A stretch of 64,000 nucleotides of DNA from Novosphingobium sp. (GTDB taxonomy: Bacteria; Pseudomonadota; Alphaproteobacteria; Sphingomonadales; Sphingomonadaceae), in NCBI GenBank assembly GCA_031416535.1, contig JANOTT010000061.1, positions 30 through 64,029 of the forward strand, read 5' to 3'. Each line of letters opens with the position of its first letter. Position 1 is the stretch's first letter. Positions 57,377-64,000 of this stretch are shown in pieces. The notes beneath the pieces were generated by a model that searched no databases, was not told where the DNA came from, and saw only the letters and a list, made by a program, of their open reading frames with translations. Position numbers and translations under genes: made by a program.

Positions 57377-59904
57377 CAGCCCAGCAGCGCGGCAAAAGCA
57401 TTGCCAGCCTGGGGCAAGCCGGGAGCAGCTGGCGCGGGCTGGCCCGGACGGGTCAGTGGCAGCCAGCGCCAGCGCGGCGGCACCGGCGGCCCGAACTGAC
57501 CCGCGCGCAGCGGCCGCGGCATGATCGGCCTGAACCCTGCCTGGCGCAGCAGCTGCGCGTAACCCGGCGTCGCCAGCCCGGTTGAAATCGCCAGCGCCGG
57601 GTCAACCACAAAGGTCTTGCCCGCTGCCGCCACCCGCGCGCCATGCGCGGCGCGCACCAGCTTTTCCGCCATGTCGAGCCGCAGCGCCTGCGCCCCCAGC
57701 CGGCGGTAGCCCGGCGGGGTCGGGGCAGACGCCGGCAGCATTACCGCCGGCGGCATCCCCGGCACCGGAGCGGCCAGCCCGGTTCCGCGCGCGGCGCACA
57801 GCGTGCGCCATGCCGTCAGGGCCGGCCCCTTGAGCATGGCGGGCGCGAACAGATCGAGCGCGCCCACCCGTACGCCCAATTTGCGCAAGTAATCGCGCTG
57901 GTCCTTGCTCAGCCGGTCAAGCCCCGCGCCGTGCCGCTCCAGGATACCGCCAGCCTCGACCAGCCGGATCAACAGCGCGCGCAAGGCTGGTCCTGCCACC
58001 GGATCGCTCGCCGCTGCCTCGATCCGCCGCAGCGGTGCGAGCGGGGCGAGCGCCTGCTCCAGCCAGCGTTCCAGCGCACTGCTCAAACGTTGGCGCAGAC
58101 CGGGCTCAAGCCCCGTGAGCGCGGGATCGAGCACCAGCTTGGACGTGAGCAGCGCCTTGCCGCGGCTGAGCTGCGCGATCGGCTCGTCCTCCCACGCCAG
58201 GGTTGCTCCGGCCAGCGCCAGCACGGGCTGCGCTTCATCCAGCGCCGCGATCAAATGCTCGGCCCGCGCGCTGCGCAAGGCCGGCAAATGCCGCTCGGCC
58301 GCCGCCAGCAGCAGCTTGCGATCGGCCAGCCGCGCCGCCGGATCGACCCGGAAGCGAAACCCCGCAAGGTGGCCAATCGCTTCGCCATCGACCAGCACTT
58401 CGTCGCCCGCTAGCGTCACCGGGAGCAGCGCCGCATCCGTCCCGACTTTCTTCATCAGCACCGCAGTGCGGCGATTGACGAAGCGTTCGGTCAGCCGCGC
58501 GTGCAGCGCATCGGATAGCCGCGCTTCGGCCGCGCGGGCGCGCGCCGCCATCTCTTCGCGCGCCAGGACCCAGTCGGGCCGCTGCGCGATATAGGCCCAG
58601 CTGCGGATCGCCGCGATCCGCATTTGCAGTGTGTCGATATCGCCAGCCGGATTATCGAGATCGGCGATCGCCTTGGCCACGAAATCCCCGCCGAGCATGC
58701 CGCTGTGCAAATCTTGCCACAACCGCGCGACGAACCGGGCATGGACTTCGGCGCCATGTTGACGAAAATCGGGGAGGCGGCACACCTCCCACAGCCGCGC
58801 CACCTGCGCGCGGCCGCACACGCCCGCCGCCAGGTCAGCGTCTTCGGCCAGCCGGCGCAGCACCGCCAGATCGATCGCCTCGGGGGCGGGGACCAGTTCG
58901 GGGCGTTCGGGCGGGCGGCACAGGTCGGCAATCAGCGCCGCGATCGTGCCGCAATCGGGTTCGGGCTCGCGCCAGAACAGCTTGGTCAGCGGCGGGAACC
59001 GGTGCTCCTCGATCGCATAAACCTCCTCGGGGGTGAAGGCGGCGTCGTGGCCACCGCTTCCCGCCAGCGTGCCGAAGGTGCCGTCGCGCTGGTGCCGTCC
59101 GGCGCGCCCGGCGATCTGCGCCATTTCCGCCGTGGTCAGGCGGCGCTGGCGCTGGCCGTCGAATTTGGACAGCCCGGCAAACGCGACATGATCGATATCG
59201 AGGTTGAGCCCCATCCCGATCGCGTCGGTTGCGACCAGATAATCGACCTCGCCCGATTGGTACAATGCGACCTGCCGGTTGCGCGTTTCGGGCGAAAGTG
59301 CGCCCATCACCACTGCCGCGCCGCCGCGGAACCGCCGCAGCATCTCGGCCACTGCATAGACCTGCTCGGCCGAGAAGGCGACGATGGCGGCGCGCGGCGG
59401 GATCCGCGACAGCTTGCGCGCGCCGCTGTGGCTGAGCGTGGAAAAGCGCGGGCGCGAGACGATTTCGGCGCGCGGCAACAGCGCCTTGACCAGCGGTTCG
59501 AGCGTGGCCGAGCCGAGCAGCATCGTTTCCTCGCGCCCGCGGGCATGCAGCAGCCGGTCGGTAAAAATGTGTCCGCGCTCGCGGTCGGCGGCGAGTTGCG
59601 CTTCGTCGAGCGCAACGAATGCCAGATCGGCCTCCACCGGCATGGCTTCGACCGTGCACAGCAAATAGCGCGCGTGCTGCGGCTCGATCCGCTCCTCGCC
59701 GGTGATCAGCGCCACCTGCCTTGCGCCCTTGATCAGGCAAACCTTGTCATAGACCTCGCGCGCGAGCAGCCGCAGCGGAAAGCCGATTGCGCCCGAGGAA
59801 TGCGCGCACAGCCGTTCGATTGCGAGATGGGTCTTGCCGGTGTTGGTCGGGCCGAGCACTGCCTTGAGGCGCGAGGAATCGGCGGAACCGGAATGCTGGG
59901 GCAT
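57376..59904 (-). CDS. SF2 Suv3-like helicase
   Basis: GPTNTGKTH, PLRLLAREVY, DEAQ, ATDAIGMGLN, QIAGRAGR. Confidence 0.92.
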   Translation of the reverse strand: MPQHSGSADSSRLKAVLGPTNTGKTHLAIERLCAHSSGAIGFPLRLLAREVYDKVCLIKGARQVALITGEERIEPQHARYLLCTVEAMPVEADLAFVALDEAQLAADRERGHIFTDRLLHARGREETMLLGSATLEPLVKALLPRAEIVSRPRFSTLSHSGARKLSRIPPRAAIVAFSAEQVYAVAEMLRRFRGGAAVVMGALSPETRNRQVALYQSGEVDYLVATDAIGMGLNLDIDHVAFAGLSKFDGQRQRRLTTAEMAQIAGRAGRHQRDGTFGTLAGSGGHDAAFTPEEVYAIEEHRFPPLTKLFWREPEPDCGTIAALIADLCRPPERPELVPAPEAIDLAVLRRLAEDADLAAGVCGRAQVARLWEVCRLPDFRQHGAEVHARFVARLWQDLHSGMLGGDFVAKAIADLDNPAGDIDTLQMRIAAIRSWAYIAQRPDWVLAREEMAARARAAEARLSDALHARLTERFVNRRTAVLMKKVGTDAALLPVTLAGDEVLVDGEAIGHLAGFRFRVDPAARLADRKLLLAAAERHLPALRSARAEHLIAALDEAQPVLALAGATLAWEDEPIAQLSRGKALLTSKLVLDPALTGLEPGLRQRLSSALERWLEQALAPLAPLRRIEAAASDPVAGPALRALLIRLVEAGGILERHGAGLDRLSKDQRDYLRKLGVRVGALDLFAPAMLKGPALTAWRTLCAARGTGLAAPVPGMPPAVMLPASAPTPPGYRRLGAQALRLDMAEKLVRAAHGARVAAAGKTFVVDPALAISTGLATPGYAQLLRQAGFRPIMPRPLRAGQFGPPVPPRWRWLPLTRPGQPAPAAPGLPQAGNAFAALLG

Positions 59905-59944
59905 GACTGGCCGAACTGTGGCAGCGCGGTGCCGCCCTCGCAAG

Positions 59945-59995
59945 CGGGCTGCGCCAGTCTTCCCCCGGGCTGCGCCAGTCTTCCCCCGGGCTGCG
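59945..59995. repeat. 21-bp tandem repeat x2.4 in divergent promoter region
   Basis: CGGGCTGCGCCAGTCTTCCCC twice, perfect, plus a 9-bp partial copy. Confidence 0.9.
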
Positions 59996-60023
59996 TTGGA
60001 CGCCGCGCAAATATTCCCCGGCT

Positions 60024-60038
60024 TTAGGCGAAGATTAA
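60024..60038. promoter_or_regulatory. CtrA-like box upstream of M23 peptidase
   Basis: TTAG-GCGAAGA-TTAA(C). Confidence 0.5.
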
Positions 60039-60100
60039 CCACCCCGGGTGCAGGGAAATGGCTGCTTAGCGGGCACTATTTTGCGCGCAGGGGGTGGGAC

Positions 60101-61660
60101 GTGTTCAAGCCACGCGAATTTACGGGATTCGGGCAGGCCCGCGCGGTCGCGGTGGCCGCCGCGCTGTTGCCTGCTCCGGCAGCGCCTGCCAGCACCCTCC
60201 GGTCTCGAATTGTCGCCGCATTTGCAACGCTCGAACTGGCCAAACTGGATTGGGCCCCCGATCTGGCCGAACAGATCGGCAGCCGCCGGTGGTTTCGCGG
60301 TCTTGCGACGATGCTTGGGCTGATGTTCGCCGCACTGGCACTGTGGCCTGATGCCAATGCTGTCGCCGCGCGGCCAGCGATGCCGCTCGATTCGGCCGCG
60401 CGCGAGGAATTCCGCAGCCAGATGATCCAGCCGCTCGCACTGGGCGGCGACAGCGGCCGCCACATGGGCCCAACCGCGGCGGTGGTGCGCGCGGCCGACA
60501 TGCCCGAACGCAGCCGGTTAAAGTTCATCGCCACCCTCGGCCAGGGCGACACGCTGCCCGGAATGCTGGCGCGCGCCGGATTGAGCGCCCAGGACACTGC
60601 TGCAGTCAGCCGGCTGGTTGGCGGCGCAATGCCGGGCAGGCAGATTGCGCCGGGCACGCAGTTCGACATTGCCCTGGTTGACCAGAACGGCAGCGCGCGG
60701 CTGCTTGAGCAGCTGGCGTTTCGCGCGCGGTTCGATCTCGACCTGTCGATTTCGCGCAGCGGCGGCCAGCTCCGGCTGGTGCAACAGGCACTTGCAGTCG
60801 ATACTACGCCGCTGCGGATCCGCGGCACGGTGGGCACCAGCGTCTACCTTTCGGCGCGTGCGGCCGGAGCTCCGATCGAGGCAATCCAGCAATATCTCGC
60901 GGTGCTCGACCAGCATCTCAGCCTCGATACCGCGATCGAGCCGGGTGATACCTTCGACATCATCGTGTCCTATCGCCGGTCGGCCAGCGGCGAGAACCAG
61001 GTCGGCGAATTGCTTTACGCCGGGCTCGAACGCGCTGACCGCGCGCAGGCGCAATTGCTGCGCTGGGGCAAGGACGGCCAGTTCTTCGAAGCCTCGGGGA
61101 TGGGCCAGCAGCGCACCGGGCTGATCATGCCAGTGGTTGGCGGGCGCGTCACTTCGGGCTTTGGCGCGCGGCGGCACCCGGTCCTGGGCTATACCCGGAT
61201 GCACGCCGGGATCGATTTCGGCGCGGCCTACGGCGCGCCGATCTATGCGGTCAGCGACGGCACGGTCGCCTTTTCAGGGTGGCACGGCGGGCATGGCAAT
61301 TTCGTCAAGCTGGCGCACGGCGGCGGGTTTGCGACCGGCTATGGCCACATGAGCCGGATTGCGGTGTCGGGCGGAACCCAGGTCCGCGCCGGCCAGGTGA
61401 TCGGCTATGTCGGCTCGACCGGACTGTCGACCGGGCCGCACCTGCATTACGAGCTGTATCGCGGCGGCCTGCCGGTCAACCCGATGACGGTCAGCTTCAC
61501 CGTAACCAATCAGGTCGATCCGGCCGAACTGGCCGCGTACAAATCCCGGCTGGCACAATTGAAGACGGTCAAGGCCGGCGCGGCGATGGCCAGCCTGGCT
61601 CCGCGCCAAGCCGCGACCGGCCCCGGTCCGCGCCGCGAGATCGACCGGTTGGGGGGCTAA
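60101..61660 (+). CDS. M23 family metallopeptidase (cell wall)
   Basis: RHPVLG..RMHAGIDFGA (HxxxD), GYGHMS, GLSTGPHLHYE (HxH); N-terminal TM. Confidence 0.92.
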   Translation: MFKPREFTGFGQARAVAVAAALLPAPAAPASTLRSRIVAAFATLELAKLDWAPDLAEQIGSRRWFRGLATMLGLMFAALALWPDANAVAARPAMPLDSAAREEFRSQMIQPLALGGDSGRHMGPTAAVVRAADMPERSRLKFIATLGQGDTLPGMLARAGLSAQDTAAVSRLVGGAMPGRQIAPGTQFDIALVDQNGSARLLEQLAFRARFDLDLSISRSGGQLRLVQQALAVDTTPLRIRGTVGTSVYLSARAAGAPIEAIQQYLAVLDQHLSLDTAIEPGDTFDIIVSYRRSASGENQVGELLYAGLERADRAQAQLLRWGKDGQFFEASGMGQQRTGLIMPVVGGRVTSGFGARRHPVLGYTRMHAGIDFGAAYGAPIYAVSDGTVAFSGWHGGHGNFVKLAHGGGFATGYGHMSRIAVSGGTQVRAGQVIGYVGSTGLSTGPHLHYELYRGGLPVNPMTVSFTVTNQVDPAELAAYKSRLAQLKTVKAGAAMASLAPRQAATGPGPRREIDRLGG

Positions 61661-61708
61661 AATCGGGCCAAGCTTTCACGCCGGGTAATTTCTCGCTACG
61701 AACCCGGT

Positions 61709-62704
61709 ATGACCGGCCAATTCCCCGCCACCCGCCTGCGCCGCACCCGTGCCTCGGCCTGGAGCCGCGCGCTGCACCGCGAAGTGGTGCTGACCCCGGC
61801 CGACCTGATCTGGCCGCTGTTCGTAACGGATGGCAGCGGCGTGGAGGAGCCGATCGGCTCGCTCCCGGGGGTGTCACGCTGGTCGGTGGATCTGGTGGTA
61901 GCGCGGGCGCATGAGGCCGTGGCGCTGGGCATTCCGTGCGTGGCGCTGTTCCCCAACACCCAGCCCGATCGGCGCAGCGATGATGGCCGCGAAGCGCTTA
62001 ACCCCGACAACCTGATGTGCCGCGCGATTGCCGCGATCAAAGCCGCTTGCGGTGACCAGCTCGGCGTGCTGACCGACGTCGCGCTCGATCCCTATACCAG
62101 CCACGGTCAGGACGGGCTGGTCGATGCGGCTGGCTATGTCGGCAATGATGCCACGGTCGAGGTGCTGATCGGGCAGAGCCTCAACCAGGCCGCCGCCGGG
62201 GCGGATGTGATCGCCCCGTCGGATATGATGGACGGGCGGTTCGGCGCGATCCGCGCGGCGCTGGAAGCCGCCGGGCATCACAACGTCCAGATCATGAGCT
62301 ACGCCGCCAAATATGCCAGTGCGTTCTATGGCCCGTTCCGCGACGCCGTGGGTTCGCGCGGGCTTTTGAAGGGCGACAAAAAAACCTATCAGATGGACCC
62401 GGGCAATGCCGAGGAAGCGCTGCGCGAGGTTGAACTCGATCTGCTCGAAGGGGCGGACAGCGTGATGGTAAAACCGGGGCTGCCCTACCTCGATATCGTC
62501 GCCCGCGTGAAAGAAACCTTTGGGGTGCCGGTGTTCGCCTACCAGGTCAGCGGCGAATACGCGATGATCGAGGCAGCGGTCGCGGCTGGGGCCGGAGAGC
62601 GCGACGCGCTGGTGCTCGAAACCTTGCTGGCGTTCAAGCGCGCCGGGGCATCGGGCGTGCTGACCTATCACGCGGCGCATGCGGCGCGGCTGCTGGGCGC
62701 GTGA
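61709..62704 (+). CDS. hemB: Porphobilinogen synthase
   Basis: RLRR, TDVALDPYT.HGQDG, APSDMMDGR, MSYAAKYASAFYGPFR, MVKPG, AYQVSGEY. Confidence 0.97.
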   Translation: MTGQFPATRLRRTRASAWSRALHREVVLTPADLIWPLFVTDGSGVEEPIGSLPGVSRWSVDLVVARAHEAVALGIPCVALFPNTQPDRRSDDGREALNPDNLMCRAIAAIKAACGDQLGVLTDVALDPYTSHGQDGLVDAAGYVGNDATVEVLIGQSLNQAAAGADVIAPSDMMDGRFGAIRAALEAAGHHNVQIMSYAAKYASAFYGPFRDAVGSRGLLKGDKKTYQMDPGNAEEALREVELDLLEGADSVMVKPGLPYLDIVARVKETFGVPVFAYQVSGEYAMIEAAVAAGAGERDALVLETLLAFKRAGASGVLTYHAAHAARLLGA

Positions 62705-63252
62705 TTGCGAGCGATCGTCTGGTTTTGCGTGTGCCCGAACCGGCCGACCTCGCCTGGCAGATCGCGGAACTCAATTCGTCTGCAGTGATGCAGCATCTTG
62801 GCGGGCCTCGGGCCGGAACGGCCATCACGGAAAGCTTTGAAATCAACCGTACCGCCTTGATTCGGGGTGATCTCGGGTTCTGGACTCTGACACTGCGCGA
62901 AACTGGCGTACCGGTGGGCAAGTGCGGTCTGTGTTTGATCGATTCCCCAGCCGCGCCTGCTGAAATTCGCGGCGCAGTGCAGATCGGCTGGACTCTGGCC
63001 GAGCCATTCTGGGGCAAGGGCCTCGCCAGCGAAGCGGCGCGCGCGGTGATCGCGCACGGGTTTGCCGCGCTCGATCTGCCGGTTGTCTGGTCGCAAACCA
63101 GCGGTTCCAATGTTGCTTCGACCCGCATGATGGTGCGGCTGGGGTTCGAGCGATGTGCGGCGCTTGACTATGTCGATCCCGACTATCCCGCCGCCGACAA
63201 CCCCACAACAGTCTACCGGATGGCGCGGAATGCAGAGGCGTATAAGGCGTGA
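62701..63252 (+). CDS. RimJ/RimL-type GNAT acetyltransferase
   Basis: SDRLVLR, QIGW.L..FWGKGLASEAA, N.AS..M..RLG. Confidence 0.88.
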   Translation: MIASDRLVLRVPEPADLAWQIAELNSSAVMQHLGGPRAGTAITESFEINRTALIRGDLGFWTLTLRETGVPVGKCGLCLIDSPAAPAEIRGAVQIGWTLAEPFWGKGLASEAARAVIAHGFAALDLPVVWSQTSGSNVASTRMMVRLGFERCAALDYVDPDYPAADNPTTVYRMARNAEAYKA

Positions 63253-63803
63253 ACGGGACGTTCATTGAGACCGAGCGGCTGGTGCTGCGTTCTTGGCGGG
63301 CCGAAGACCGCGCACCGTTCGCCGCGATCTGTGCTGATCCGCAGGTCATGGCAACATTGGGCCCCGTCATGGACCGCGAAGGCAGCGATTCTTTATTGGA
63401 CCGGGTGGAGGCGATCGAGGCTGCCCGCGGCCACACTTTCTGGGCGCTCGAGCGGCGCAGCGATGCAGTGCTGATCGGGTGGTGCGGGGTGATCCGCGGC
63501 GACACCGGGCCGGTTAGCGGTAAAGCCGAAATCGGCTGGCGACTGGCGCACGCGGCGTGGGGTCATGGCTATGCCAGCGAAGCCGCCCGGGCCAGCGTGG
63601 ACTGGTTGTTCGCCAACCTTGCAGACGACGCAGCCTGGGCAATCACCAACACTGCCAACAGCCGCAGCCGCGCGGTGATGGAGCGGCTGGGGATGCAATA
63701 CCGTCCCGACCTCGATTTCAGTCATCCGCGGATTGCGGCAGACAGCCCGCTGCGCCCGCACGTCACCTACGCGCTGACGCGTAGCGACTGGGCCGCAGTA
63801 TGA
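63249..63803 (+). CDS. RimJ/RimL-type GNAT acetyltransferase
   Basis: TERLVLR, EIGWRL..AWGHGYASEAA, N.RS..VMERLGM. Confidence 0.9.
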   Translation: MNGTFIETERLVLRSWRAEDRAPFAAICADPQVMATLGPVMDREGSDSLLDRVEAIEAARGHTFWALERRSDAVLIGWCGVIRGDTGPVSGKAEIGWRLAHAAWGHGYASEAARASVDWLFANLADDAAWAITNTANSRSRAVMERLGMQYRPDLDFSHPRIAADSPLRPHVTYALTRSDWAAV

Positions 63804-64000
63804 CTGCTGACACCGCCCGCCCGGCGCGCGCGTTGTTCACCGCGACGATCCTGACTGGCAGTTTCTTGCTGTTCCTAATCCAGCCGATGGTCGCGCGGAT
63901 GGCGCTGCCCCGGCTGGGCGGCGCGCCCAATGTCTGGAACAGCGCGATGCTGGTCTATCAGGCGCTGCTGCTGGGCGGGTATTACTATGCGCACCGCCTG
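63800..64000 (+). CDS. Membrane-fused spermidine synthase-like methyltransferase (5' part, runs off window)
   Basis: Manual translation: MTADTARPARALFTATILTGSFLLFLIQPMVARMALPRLGGAPNVWNSAMLVYQALLLGGYYYAHRL. Confidence 0.8.
   Translation, partial: MTADTARPARALFTATILTGSFLLFLIQPMVARMALPRLGGAPNVWNSAMLVYQALLLGGYYYAHRL

Noticed and set aside
59945-59995. Possible CRISPR mini-array
   Set aside because: Repeats are directly adjacent with no spacers, and there are no cas genes in the window.

Overview
GC-rich alphaproteobacterial chromosome window. Gene order and content point to Sphingomonadales (Novosphingobium/Erythrobacteraceae-like); this assignment is inference. The window spans the probable replication origin between the DUF299 gene and hemE (about 31954-32274). 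It also holds the classic origin-flanking genes (maf-aroE-coaE-dnaQ; hemE-hemJ-rho; mnmE-mnmG-rsmG-parA-parB) and three parS sites, two of them inside rsmG. Most of the rest is housekeeping: suf regulator-sufB, pyrD, ggt, thiS-thiG fusion, ctaA, rplM-rpsI, pcm-tolC-popZ, erpA-xth, helicase-S4-fdxA-carD, hemB. I found no rRNA, tRNA, CRISPR array, transposase or integrase. The top candidate for an undescribed system is a three-gene chaperone-usher-like pilus locus right after parB (42901-47168). It has a cysteine-free DUF4402-type subunit, a PapD-like chaperone, an atypical usher-like protein, CtrA-like boxes and a strong hairpin after the subunit gene. Other signals: a palindromic operator shared by the pcm-tolC and head-GIN promoters; a LytTR-type 21-bp-period repeat ahead of an HK-RR-lipid kinase-phosphoesterase operon; a Zur-like box before a MerC-like gene; and candidate structured RNAs. 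All family assignments come from reading motifs by eye; no database searches were run.
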